Part shown: positions 30,297-39,764 of the stretch, one piece after another
How positions within the stretch are numbered: the first letter of the stretch is position 1
Layout of the letters: each line of letters begins with the position of its first letter
Source of the DNA: Alphaproteobacteria bacterium
GTDB taxonomy: Bacteria > Pseudomonadota > Alphaproteobacteria > UBA828
Direction of reading: 5' to 3'
Assembly (NCBI GenBank): GCA_963422645.2
Contig: CAXXVO010000018.1
Location: 32,001 to 96,000, forward strand
DNA length: 64,000 bases
Program-made: the position numbers and the translations under genes
The notes under the pieces: model-generated
Told to the model about the DNA's origin: nothing
The model's input: only the letters and a program-made list of their open reading frames with translations
The model's database searches: none

Positions 30297-30718
30297 ACTT
30301 CTCCGGCTCATCCTGAGTATCGCTGTCCTCTCATCTTGTTCGCGACGCGGCGTTCATCATCCTCTCGCGCTCAAGAGAGTAGGCACCCCCGCGGCGTGGG
30401 GGCGTTGACGCAAAAGGAACTGGCTTGTTCCATAAGAGAGAGGGGGTACCTGGGCAGTTACTATTATTCTTCTTGGTTGCCGACCTTCGAATGGCGGTGC
30501 GCATGAATCTTGTTTGGCGCCTGAGTGTGTGTCAAGCGCGCGTCCCGAGCACAGACGGCACCCGTCCGACCCAACCATCCAGCAGCGTCTCGCGCAAAGA
30601 TGAAGGTCGCGCCGGAGCCGGCGATACTGTTCGGAGTGGCTGCCGATCCACCTCGACGGGATTGGGGTGCTTTGCGATACTGGCTCTCCGTAGGCTCGAC
30701 TGCCGGGGAGGACGGGAC

Positions 30719-31921
30719 ATCAAGGTCGCGGAGCGCATGGGCGGCCTGCCGCGGATCGGCCTCGACATCATGGGCGATCTCGCCGACGAGCAGGACAGCA
30801 CGGGGGCCAGCGAGCCGTCCTTCCGGCTCGAGAATGCCGACAGCGACATCCCGCCGCCCGAGAACGCCGTCCGGGCGACGCGCGAAACGGTCGGCGAGGA
30901 TGCCTACAACAGCTGGCTGCCGCTGGTCGGCTTGCGGGAGCTGAGGCAGGCGGTCGCGAACAGCATCCGCCGCGATGACGGCCTCGATTACGACTGGTCG
31001 AGCGAAGTCATCATCACGAACGGGGTGCAGGAGGGGCTGCTCTCCACCCTGCTCGCGCTGCTCGACCCGGGCGACGGAGTGATCACGCCGGAGCCTGCCT
31101 ATTCCGGCATCATCAACCGCATTCGCCTCGCCCACGGCGTGCCGCTCTTCGTGCCGCTCCGCGAGGAAAGAGGCTGGCGCCTCGACCTCGACGCGCTCGA
31201 ACGGCAGGGGGCCGAGGCGAGCGCCAAGGCGATCGTCTTCAATGCCACCAACATGCCGACCGGCGTGCTCTACACGCAGGACGAGCTCGACGCCATCGCC
31301 GATCTCGCCAGGCGGCGCGATCTCTGGGTTGTCTATTCCGCGCCGACGTCGCGGCTCACCTTCGATGTCGAGCGCGCGCCCAACATCGCCACGTGGCCCG
31401 GTATGCGGGAGCGGACGATCATCCTCGACGGGGTCTCCAAGGACTTCAACATGACCGCCTGGCGGATCGGCTGGGCGGTGGCCGACAAGGCGGTGATCGA
31501 GCATGTCGGCAAGGCGCACATGTACAACGGGACCCTCACCAGCGCCTTCGCCCAGGCCGGCGTCATCGCCCTGCTGAACGACCATGAAGGCGCCAACGCC
31601 TATCTGCGCCGCTGCGCAGGCATCCTTGCCGAGCGCGGCCGGCTTGCCGCCGACGGTCTCAACGCGATGCCAGGGCTTAGCTGCGTGCCGCCCGAGGGTG
31701 GCTGGTGGTTCCTGCTGGACCATCGCCCGCTGGAAGCCGACGACGCGGCGTTCGCCCACGCCCTGATGGAGCAGGCCAATGTCGCGGTGACGCCCATGGG
31801 CACTTGGGGCCCATCGACCGCGATAGGTCATGTGCGCATCATCTTCGCCAACGAGCCCGTCGAGCGCCTTCGCGAGGCGGTCTCGCGCATAGGCCGGGTG
31901 GCGGCCGGGCTCGCGCGATAG
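30719..31921 (+). CDS. PLP-dependent aminotransferase class I/II (start ATC 30719 or ATG 30737)
   Basis: GLRELRQAVA, ITNGVQEGL, NMPTG, DGVSKDFNMTAWRIGW (PLP lysine). Confidence 0.88.
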   Translation: MKVAERMGGLPRIGLDIMGDLADEQDSTGASEPSFRLENADSDIPPPENAVRATRETVGEDAYNSWLPLVGLRELRQAVANSIRRDDGLDYDWSSEVIITNGVQEGLLSTLLALLDPGDGVITPEPAYSGIINRIRLAHGVPLFVPLREERGWRLDLDALERQGAEASAKAIVFNATNMPTGVLYTQDELDAIADLARRRDLWVVYSAPTSRLTFDVERAPNIATWPGMRERTIILDGVSKDFNMTAWRIGWAVADKAVIEHVGKAHMYNGTLTSAFAQAGVIALLNDHEGANAYLRRCAGILAERGRLAADGLNAMPGLSCVPPEGGWWFLLDHRPLEADDAAFAHALMEQANVAVTPMGTWGPSTAIGHVRIIFANEPVERLREAVSRIGRVAAGLAR

Positions 31922-32063
31922 CCTTTCCCGTTCCCGCAAGACGGTGCTCACCGAAAGAAGCACTGCGGGAATGGCGCCATGTCCGCATGGCACGCGCGCC
32001 GCCGTCGCGCTACGCTAGGGCATACGGCAACGAACAAGAGCAACGTCTCTCAGGGAGGAAGAC

Positions 32064-33638
32064 ATGAAAATGCGATTCGATCTATCACGGCGGGGCTTCG
32101 GCCGCCTTATGGGGGCGTGCCTGGCTGCCGGCGCGCTCACCTTTGCGACATCCGCAGTGCCACAAGACGCCCACGCTCAACAGGTCGGCGGCACGCTCAA
32201 GCTGGCCTTCGGTCACGATGCCGGCGACTTCGATCCGGCCAAGGCGGCCTACGGCATGTCCCACGCCGTGATCGAGCAGGTGTTCTCGGGCCTCACGGCG
32301 CTCGATGCGGACGCGAACCCCTACCCCGACGTCGCCGAATCCATCGACGTCTCCGACGACGGCCTGGTCTACACCTTCCATCTCAGGAAGGGCGTCGCCT
32401 TCCATGACGGCACGCCGTTCACGGCCGAAGACGTCAAGTTCACATTCGATCGTCTCAAGGACCCGGAGACGGGCTACCCCTACGCTGTCCAGCTCGCCTC
32501 GCTCGAGGAAACCGCCGTGATCGACGAGCACACGGTGCAGATGCGGCTCTCGGTGCCGACGGGGCCGCTCCTCGTCAATCTCGCCTTCCCCGGATCCGGG
32601 ATCGTTTCGAAATCGATCGTCGAGTCGGGCCACGACCTCGGCGCGACCCCGATCGGGACGGGACCCTTCAAGTTCGTGAGCTACCAGCCGGGCACGATGA
32701 CCAAGTTCGTACGAAACCCGGACTACTACGAGGGTGACAAGCCCTACTTCGAGGCAATGGAGTATCGGACCATCGCCGACGAGACGGCCATCACCAACGC
32801 GCTGCTCTCGGGCGTGGTCGACTTCTCGAACGCGATCGCGGCCAAGGACTGGGCCACCGTCGAGGCCAACCCCGATCTGACCAAGGTTCCGATCGAAGGC
32901 GGCCGCTGGTTCTGGGTCGGCGTCAATAACAATGCCGAGCCGCTGAACGACGCCAAGGTGCGCCAGGCCATCGCCCACGCGGTGGACCGCCAGGCGATCG
33001 TGGATGCGGTCTTCTACGGCCTCGCCAAGCCCATCCGCGGCGGCGTGGTGCCCGAGTGGAGCTGGGGCCACGCGGCGGATCTCGAGGTGTTCTCGACCGG
33101 CGCCGACCCCGAGAAGGCGAAAGCGCTGCTCGCAGAGGCCGGCCATCCGGACGGCCTCGACGTCACCTTCAAGATCGGCACCGAGTGGCCGCCCCTGATG
33201 GCGATGGGGCCGTTGATCCAGGCCAATCTGGCGGCGGTCGGCATCAATGCCCAAATCTCGACCATGGGCACGGCACAGTGGCTGGACGAGGTGTTCACGG
33301 CGCGCGACTACCACATCACCGACATGTACTGGTTGAGTCCGCTCGCCGATCCCGACGACTTCACGACCCTGAACTATCAGTGCGAGAACTCGATGAACTT
33401 CCAGGGGTCGTGCAGCGAGGAGATGGATGCCCTGCTGGACGAGGCCCGCTCGGCAACCACGCTGGAGGCGCGGAAGGACGCCTACCGGCGGATGCAGGAA
33501 CTGTCGATGGAGCAGATGACCCTGGTCCCGCTCGTCAGCGCCCTGATCCTCCACGCGCATACCGACAAGCTGAAAGGCTTCAAGCCCATGCGCACGGGCT
33601 TCCTGAAGACACTCAAGGACGCCTGGCTCGAAGAGTAG
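32064..33638 (+). CDS. Opp/Dpp-family ABC substrate-binding protein, Tat-like signal
   Basis: SRRGF twin-arginine, FHDGTPFTAEDVKFT, IGTGPFK, KVRQAIAHAVDR. Confidence 0.92.
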   Translation: MKMRFDLSRRGFGRLMGACLAAGALTFATSAVPQDAHAQQVGGTLKLAFGHDAGDFDPAKAAYGMSHAVIEQVFSGLTALDADANPYPDVAESIDVSDDGLVYTFHLRKGVAFHDGTPFTAEDVKFTFDRLKDPETGYPYAVQLASLEETAVIDEHTVQMRLSVPTGPLLVNLAFPGSGIVSKSIVESGHDLGATPIGTGPFKFVSYQPGTMTKFVRNPDYYEGDKPYFEAMEYRTIADETAITNALLSGVVDFSNAIAAKDWATVEANPDLTKVPIEGGRWFWVGVNNNAEPLNDAKVRQAIAHAVDRQAIVDAVFYGLAKPIRGGVVPEWSWGHAADLEVFSTGADPEKAKALLAEAGHPDGLDVTFKIGTEWPPLMAMGPLIQANLAAVGINAQISTMGTAQWLDEVFTARDYHITDMYWLSPLADPDDFTTLNYQCENSMNFQGSCSEEMDALLDEARSATTLEARKDAYRRMQELSMEQMTLVPLVSALILHAHTDKLKGFKPMRTGFLKTLKDAWLEE

Positions 33639-33659
33639 GTGCGCGTTTGGTAAGAGACG

Positions 33660-33716
33660 CCCCGGAGGGTTCTGCCCTCCGGGGATTTCCCCTCAAGCGG
33701 CGGGCGAAGCCCGCTG
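33660..33716 (+). terminator. Two intercistronic hairpins after the SBP gene (mRNA stabiliser or attenuator)
   Basis: CCCCGGAGGG-TTCTG-CCCTCCGGGG (33660-33684) and GCGGGC-GAA-GCCCGC (33700-33714); no long U-tract. Confidence 0.55.
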
Positions 33717-33732
33717 AAGGGGCGCGCACGGC

Positions 33733-34689
33733 ATGATCCGCTTCCTCGCCGCGCGGCTTGCGGCGTACTTGCCGACGCTCTTCGCGATCTCGATCATCCT
33801 GTTCGTGGCGATCAACGTCGCACCGGGCAGCCCCGCCCAGGTTTCCCTCGGGATCAACCAGACGCCCGAAGCGATCGAGCGCTTCGAGCGCGAGCACGGC
33901 CTCGACCGCCCGCTCTACGAGCAATACGTCGACTGGCTCTACGAGGTCCTGCGGGGGGACTTCGGCGAGTCACTGCAATCCGGTGCGCCGGTCGGGCCGG
34001 AGCTGCTCTCGCGACTCTATGTGACGCTGGAACTCGCGATGCTCGCCTTCATCATCGCCAATCTGATCGCGGTGCCGCTGGGCTGCCTCGCCGCCTACCA
34101 CCACCAGCGAACGGCCGACAACGCCTTCATCTTTCTCGCGACGCTCATGGGGTCTATGCCGAACTTCTGGCTGGCGACCCTGCTGATCCTGCTGCTCACG
34201 GTCACGCTCGGCTGGCTGCCGTCGGGCGGCTACGTGCCGCTGGCCGAGGCGCCGCTGGAGAACCTTCGCCTCATGATCATGCCGGCGCTCTCGCTGGGTG
34301 TCGTCTCGTCCGCGCTGCTGCTGCGCATCATGCGGACCGGCATGCTCGAGGTGTTCTCGTCGGACTACATCCGAACGGCGGTGGCCAAGGGCGCCGGCCA
34401 GCGCGTGGTGATCTGGCGTCACGCGCTGCGCAATGCGCTGATTCCCTACCTCACCGTCGGCGGCGTGGAGTTCAGCCTGCTCTTCGGCGGTGTGGTCATC
34501 GTCGAGAACATCTTCCTGCTGCCGGGCGTCGGCCAGCTCGCGCTCATCGGCATTACGCAGCGGGATTATCCCTATCTGCTCGCGAGCGTTCTCCTGATCG
34601 CCGTCGTGGTGCTCACCGCCAATCTGATCGTCGATGTCCTCGCCGCGTGGCTCGACCCGCGGATGGTGCGGACGGCGGGCGGGAGCTGA
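33733..34689 (+). CDS. Opp/Dpp ABC permease (B)
   Basis: GLDRPLYEQY, GDFGESL, DYIRTAVAKG, HALRNAL, LDPR. Confidence 0.92.
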   Translation: MIRFLAARLAAYLPTLFAISIILFVAINVAPGSPAQVSLGINQTPEAIERFEREHGLDRPLYEQYVDWLYEVLRGDFGESLQSGAPVGPELLSRLYVTLELAMLAFIIANLIAVPLGCLAAYHHQRTADNAFIFLATLMGSMPNFWLATLLILLLTVTLGWLPSGGYVPLAEAPLENLRLMIMPALSLGVVSSALLLRIMRTGMLEVFSSDYIRTAVAKGAGQRVVIWRHALRNALIPYLTVGGVEFSLLFGGVVIVENIFLLPGVGQLALIGITQRDYPYLLASVLLIAVVVLTANLIVDVLAAWLDPRMVRTAGGS

Positions 34690-34698
34690 GGCGCGCTC

Positions 34699-35526
34699 AT
34701 GGGCAAGCATCTTCCGTGGCGGCGTTACGGGCTGCTCATCATCGGCGCTACGCTGACGCTCGCCCTCATCCTGCTGACAGTGCTCGCACCCTGGATCACC
34801 CCCTTCTCGCCCTACGAGATCAACATCCCGGACCGCCTGCAGGGACCGAGCGCGGTTCATTGGCTGGGGACGGACGAGCTCGGCCGCGACACGTTCACGC
34901 GCACCGTCTATGCCGGCCGCATCTCGCTCATGGTGGGCGCCGTGGCCGTCGGCATCGGCATCTTCGGCGGCGTTCTGATCGGTCTTACCTCGGCTTACTT
35001 CGGCGGCGCGTACGACATGATCTTCATGCGCAACATGGACATGCTCTACGCCTTCCCGGCGATCCTGCTGGCGATCGTCATCATGGCCGGCCTCGGCACC
35101 AGCATGATCAACGCCATGATTGCGATCGGAATCATCTTCATACCCGGATTCGCGCGGCTGGCGCGCGCCACGACTCAGGTGGTGCTGCGCCAGCAATTTG
35201 TCGAGGCGGCGCTGACCACGGGCATGTCCACGCGGCGTCTCCTCTTCCGCGAGGTCCTACCGAACATCGCGACGCCGCTGATGGTGCAGGGCGCGATCGG
35301 CTTCGCCTATGCCGTGCTGATCGAGTCGGCGCTCAGCTTCTTGGGCCTCGGTGCGCAGCCGCCCGAGCCCAGCTGGGGCGAGATGATCAATTCGGGCCGC
35401 GGCCAGATGGCGCAGGCTCCCTGGCTCGGGATCGTGCCGGGCGCCGCCATCTTCCTCAGCGTGCTGGGCTTCAACACGCTGGGCGACGGGCTGCGCGACT
35501 TCTTCGACCCCCACCTCAGGGACTAG
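34699..35526 (+). CDS. Opp/Dpp ABC permease (C)
   Basis: HWLGTDELGRD, ESALSFLGLG, LGDGLRDFFDP. Confidence 0.92.
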   Translation: MGKHLPWRRYGLLIIGATLTLALILLTVLAPWITPFSPYEINIPDRLQGPSAVHWLGTDELGRDTFTRTVYAGRISLMVGAVAVGIGIFGGVLIGLTSAYFGGAYDMIFMRNMDMLYAFPAILLAIVIMAGLGTSMINAMIAIGIIFIPGFARLARATTQVVLRQQFVEAALTTGMSTRRLLFREVLPNIATPLMVQGAIGFAYAVLIESALSFLGLGAQPPEPSWGEMINSGRGQMAQAPWLGIVPGAAIFLSVLGFNTLGDGLRDFFDPHLRD

Positions 35527-35565
35527 ACTGGCCGTGGGGCATTAGACAGCAGCGGGAGGACGCTC

Positions 35566-36306
35566 ATGGAGATCAACACATTCTCGATCGTTGGCCGCTG
35601 CGCCCGCACCGGCCAGCTCGGCGGCGCGGTGGCCTCGGCGGGAACGGCGGTGGGCCCGATGTGCCTCTTCGCCCGCGCCGGCGTCGGCGCCGTCGCCTCG
35701 CAGTCCTGGTGCAATCCCTATCTCGCCCATGACGGCCTCGACCTGATGGCGCAGGGCATGGGTGCGCAGGCGGTGTGCGACAAGCTCGTGGCCGAAGACC
35801 CCGGCCGCGACATCAGGCAGGTCGCCTATGTCGATGCCAAGGGCGGCAGCGCGGCCTTCACCGGCAAGGACTGCGCGACATGGAACGGCGCCGTCACGGG
35901 CCAGGACTTCTCGTCGCAGGGAAACCTGCTCACCGGCCCGGAGACGGTGAGCGCCATGGCCGAAGCCTTTCAGCGGCTGGAGGCGCTCGACCTCGCCGAA
36001 CGGTTGATCGCCGCCCTGGAGGCGGGGGATGCAGCCGGCGGCGATGCCCGCGGCCGGCAGGGTGCGGCGGTCATCGTCATGCACGAGGAGCGTTATCCGC
36101 TGGTCGATCTGCGCGCCGACGAGCATCGCTACCCGATCGTCGAGCTGAGGCGCGTCTACGAGGTGGCCAAGTACCAGAGCCTGCCCTTCGTGGCGCAGAT
36201 GCCGACCCGCGACAACCCGCTCGGCAGCTTTGCCGAGGACATGCGCCGCAGCATGAGCGTCTCGCCGGCCTACCGGCCGGGCGGTGGCGGTGGCGAAAGC
36301 GCGTAA
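35566..36306 (+). CDS. DUF1028 Ntn-hydrolase-fold protein, paralog 1
   Basis: NTFSIVGRC, GVGAVASQS, SQGNLL, AGGDARGRQGAA, DLRADEH. Confidence 0.88.
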   Translation: MEINTFSIVGRCARTGQLGGAVASAGTAVGPMCLFARAGVGAVASQSWCNPYLAHDGLDLMAQGMGAQAVCDKLVAEDPGRDIRQVAYVDAKGGSAAFTGKDCATWNGAVTGQDFSSQGNLLTGPETVSAMAEAFQRLEALDLAERLIAALEAGDAAGGDARGRQGAAVIVMHEERYPLVDLRADEHRYPIVELRRVYEVAKYQSLPFVAQMPTRDNPLGSFAEDMRRSMSVSPAYRPGGGGGESA

Positions 36307-36317
36307 GGGAGGCAGCC

Positions 36318-37058
36318 ATGCAGTTCAATACATTCTCGATCGTCGGCCGCTGCGCCCGCACCGGCCAGCTCGGCGCCGCCGTGGCGACGGCCGCACCCGC
36401 CGTCGGCGCCTATTGCCCCTTCGCGAGGGCCGGCGTCGGCGCCGTCTCCTCGCAATCCTGGTGCAACCCCTACCTCGCCTACGACGGCCTCGACCTGATG
36501 GAACAAGGCATGAGCGCGGGCGCGGTGTGCGACAAGCTGCTGGCGGAGGATCCCGGTCGCGAGACACGGCAGATCGGCTACGTCGATGCGCAGGGCGGGA
36601 GCGCCGCCTTCACCGGCAATGAATGCCCGCACTGGTGCGGCCATGTTACCGGGCCGGACTTTTCCGCCCAGGGCAATTTGCTCATGGGCGGGGGCTGCGT
36701 GCCGGCGATGGCGGAGTCCTTCCAGCGCACCGAGACGCTGGATCTCGCCGAGCGCTTGATTGCGGCGCTGGAAGCGGGCCAGTCGGCTGGCGGCGATTCG
36801 CGCGGCAAGCAGTCGGCCGCCGTTTACGTGGTGCACACCGAAGTCTATCCGCTGGTCGACCTGCGCGCGGACGAGCACCACAACCCGATCGGCGAGCTTC
36901 GGCGGATCTACGCCGTCGCCAAGCAGGTGAGCCTACCCTTCATGGCCCAGATGCCGACCCGCGACAATCCGCTCGGCGCCTTCGGCGACGATATGCGCTG
37001 GGGCCTGAGCGTTGCGCCGATGGACCGCCCAGGCGGCGGCGGCAGCGGGGTCGGCTGA
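36318..37058 (+). CDS. DUF1028 Ntn-hydrolase-fold protein, paralog 2
   Basis: RBS GGAGG, ATG 36318; NTFSIVGRC, AQGNLL, GGDSRGKQSAA. Confidence 0.88.
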   Translation: MQFNTFSIVGRCARTGQLGAAVATAAPAVGAYCPFARAGVGAVSSQSWCNPYLAYDGLDLMEQGMSAGAVCDKLLAEDPGRETRQIGYVDAQGGSAAFTGNECPHWCGHVTGPDFSAQGNLLMGGGCVPAMAESFQRTETLDLAERLIAALEAGQSAGGDSRGKQSAAVYVVHTEVYPLVDLRADEHHNPIGELRRIYAVAKQVSLPFMAQMPTRDNPLGAFGDDMRWGLSVAPMDRPGGGGSGVG

Positions 37059-37079
37059 CGGCGCGGAGCAAGAGGGTCC

Positions 37080-37820
37080 ATGCAGCTCAACACCTTCACC
37101 ATCGTGGGCCGTTGCGCCCGCACCGGCATGCTGGGCGTTGCGGTGTGCACCGCAGCACCCGCGGTGGGCGGCTATTGCCCCTTCGTGCGCGCCAGGGCGG
37201 GCGCGGTCGCGACCATGTCGTGGGTCAACCCCTACCTCGCCATCGACGGCCTTGCGCTGATGGCGGACGGCGTCTCGGCAAGGGATGCGCTCGACAGGTT
37301 GATCGCGGAGGACCCGGGGCGCGCGGTGCGCCAGGTCGGCATGGTCGATGCGCAGGGCGGCAGCGCCGCGTTCACCGGCGAGGGCTGCGGCCCCTGGTGC
37401 GGCCACCGCCACGGCGAGAACTTCTCGGCCCAGGGCAACATCCTGGTGGGCGAAGGCACGGTGAAGGCGATGGCCGAGACCTTTGAGAAGACCGAGCCGC
37501 TGGCGCTGCCCGAACGCCTGCTGCTCGCGCTGGAGGCGGGCCAGGCCGCCGGCGGCGATGCCCGCGGCAAGCAGTCGGCGGCGCTGCTGGTCCACTGGAA
37601 GGAGGAATACCCCTATGTCGACCTGCGCGCGGACGAGAACCGCTATCCGGTGGCGGAGCTGCGGCGCGTCTACGAGGTGGCCAAGTATCAGAGCCTGCCC
37701 TTCGTCGCGCAGATGCCGACGCGGGACAATCCGCTCGGAAGCTTCAGCGAAGAGGTCGAAGCCAGCATGAGCGTGGCACCGGCCTATCGTCGGGGCGGCG
37801 GTGGCGGCGAGAGCGCCTGA
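37080..37820 (+). CDS. DUF1028 Ntn-hydrolase-fold protein, paralog 3
   Basis: NTFTIVGRC, AQGNIL, GGDARGKQSAA. Confidence 0.88.
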   Translation: MQLNTFTIVGRCARTGMLGVAVCTAAPAVGGYCPFVRARAGAVATMSWVNPYLAIDGLALMADGVSARDALDRLIAEDPGRAVRQVGMVDAQGGSAAFTGEGCGPWCGHRHGENFSAQGNILVGEGTVKAMAETFEKTEPLALPERLLLALEAGQAAGGDARGKQSAALLVHWKEEYPYVDLRADENRYPVAELRRVYEVAKYQSLPFVAQMPTRDNPLGSFSEEVEASMSVAPAYRRGGGGGESA

Positions 37821-37860
37821 TGGCGCCTCTGCGCCGGAGCCCCGCAACGGCAGGACCGGC

Positions 37861-38886
37861 ATGAACGCCGACCCTGACGACGGCCGCGACATTCGCCCGC
37901 ACGCGCGGGACGATCGTCCGGCGACGCTCCGGGTCGACAACTTGAGCATCGAGTTCTCGGGCGGGCGTGGCACGGCGCGCGTCGTGGACGGGGCGAGCCT
38001 CGAAGTCTGGCCGGGAGAGATCGTCGGCCTCACCGGCGAATCCGGCTCGGGCAAGACAATGACGGCGCTTTCCATCCTCGGCCTCCTGCCAAAGCGCGCA
38101 CGGATCGCCTCGGGCACCATCTCGCTGGCGAGCGAGACCTTGACCGGCAAGTCGGAGCGCGAGATGCGCGGCATCCGCGGCAACCGCGTCGCGCTGATTC
38201 CGCAGGATGCGCTGCGCGCGCTCAACCCCGTGCTCAGGGTGGGCCGCCAGGTGGGCGAGCCCTACGAGCTCCACCGCAAGTTGGGCCAGGCGCAGTCGCA
38301 CGAACGGGCTGTCGACCTCCTCGACTCGGTGCATCTCCCTGACGCCGGTGTGCGCGCGCGCGAGTACCCGCATCAGTACTCGGGCGGCATGCAGCAGCGG
38401 GCGATGATCGCGATGGGGCTCGCGCTCGAGCCCGAGCTGCTGATCGCGGACGAGCCGACCACGGCGCTCGACGTCACGGTGCAGGCCCAGGTGCTCAAGC
38501 TACTGCGCGAGATCCGGGACACCCACGGGACGGCGATCCTGTTCATCACCCACGACCTCGGGGTCATCGTCGAGCTGTGCGACTGGGTCTACGTCATGTA
38601 TGCGGGCGCCATCCTCGAACGGGCGCCGGTCGCGCGGCTCTTCCAGCGGCCGAGCCACCCCTACACGCGGGCGCTGCTGCGGGCGACGCCGACCGTGAGG
38701 ACGGTGCAGGAGGAGCTGCTCTCCATCCCGGGCCAGATCCCCTCGCCCTACGAGCTGCCGGAAGGCTGCCGCTTCGCGGACCGGTGCGAGCGCCGCTTCG
38801 AACGCTGCACGCGCGAGCCCGAAATCATGGAGGTCGAGGCCGGCCACGGTGCCCGCTGCTGGCTGTTGGACGAGGGCGGTGCCTGA
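37861..38886 (+). CDS. Opp/Dpp ABC ATP-binding protein (D)
   Basis: GESGSGKT, YPHQYSGGMQQR, ADEPTTALD, C-terminal GCRF..RC..C..C. Confidence 0.92.
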   Translation: MNADPDDGRDIRPHARDDRPATLRVDNLSIEFSGGRGTARVVDGASLEVWPGEIVGLTGESGSGKTMTALSILGLLPKRARIASGTISLASETLTGKSEREMRGIRGNRVALIPQDALRALNPVLRVGRQVGEPYELHRKLGQAQSHERAVDLLDSVHLPDAGVRAREYPHQYSGGMQQRAMIAMGLALEPELLIADEPTTALDVTVQAQVLKLLREIRDTHGTAILFITHDLGVIVELCDWVYVMYAGAILERAPVARLFQRPSHPYTRALLRATPTVRTVQEELLSIPGQIPSPYELPEGCRFADRCERRFERCTREPEIMEVEAGHGARCWLLDEGGA

Positions 38887-39691
38887 GCCTCTGGTTCGCT
38901 GCAAAGCGCTCTCCAAGCGCTTCGGCGCCCGCGGCCTGCTGCGCCGCCGCCACGTGGTCGATGCGGTCGCCGACGTCTCGATCGACGTGGCGCCGGGGGA
39001 GACCCTCGGAATTGTCGGTGAGTCGGGCTCGGGCAAGTCGACCCTGCTTCGCCTGATCCTGCGTCTATTGCGGCCGACCAGCGGACAGATCTGGTTCGAG
39101 GACAGCGACATCGCCACCCTCTCGCGGGGTCCGCTGCGCGCGATGCGGCGCCGCGTCCAGTGCGTGTTCCAGGACCCGACGTCTTCGTTCAACCCGCGCC
39201 AGTCGATCGGTGCCGCGCTGCGGACGCCTCTGGAAGTACACGGCATCGGCAGCCGCCGGGATCGCGACTCCCGCGTCGGCGAAGCGCTGGAGCTGGTTGG
39301 CTTGGGCGCAAGCTTCGCAAGCCGCTACCCGCACCAGCTCTCCGGCGGCCAGCGCCAGCGGGCGGCGATCGCGCGTGCGATCATCCTGCGCCCCGCTCTG
39401 GTGCTGGCCGACGAGCCGACGTCCGCGCTCGACGTCTCGGTCCAGGCGCAAATTCTCAACCTGTTCAAGCAGACCAAGAGCGAGCTGGGGCTCACCTACA
39501 TATTCGTGAGCCACGATCTCGGCGTGATCCGCTATATCAGCGACCGCGTGGCGGTGATGTATCTGGGACGGATCGTCGAGACCGGCAGCGCGGCCGAAGT
39601 CTTCACGAACCCCCGCCACGACTACACCAAGGCGCTGCTGGCCGCGGTCCCGGGCGCGAGCCTGCAGATCCCCGAATCCGGCATGGGTTAG
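38879..39691 (+). CDS. Opp/Dpp ABC ATP-binding protein (F)
   Basis: [41 protein letters not shown]. Confidence 0.92.
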   Translation: MPEPLVRCKALSKRFGARGLLRRRHVVDAVADVSIDVAPGETLGIVGESGSGKSTLLRLILRLLRPTSGQIWFEDSDIATLSRGPLRAMRRRVQCVFQDPTSSFNPRQSIGAALRTPLEVHGIGSRRDRDSRVGEALELVGLGASFASRYPHQLSGGQRQRAAIARAIILRPALVLADEPTSALDVSVQAQILNLFKQTKSELGLTYIFVSHDLGVIRYISDRVAVMYLGRIVETGSAAEVFTNPRHDYTKALLAAVPGASLQIPESGMG

Positions 39692-39764
39692 CGCCACCGG
39701 TTTTCCCGCCTTGGCGGCGAACCTCACCAACAGTGGTTTGCGGCCCTCGTGGCCTCGGTCGCGG

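Larger units (their letters stand above)
27951..30461 (+). mobile_element. Complete IS66-family element (variant C) carrying a DNA methyltransferase
   Basis: TIRs GTAACTACCCAGGTACCCC / GGGGTACCTGGGCAGTTAC; 8-bp TSD TATTATTC at 27943-27950 and 30462-30469. Confidence 0.95.

Noticed and set aside
35775-36317. 427-aa version of DUF1028 paralog 2 (similarly the 544-aa PotC and 498-aa aminotransferase)
   Set aside because: Upstream extensions overlap neighbouring genes or non-coding DNA; RBS and paralog alignment support the shorter starts.
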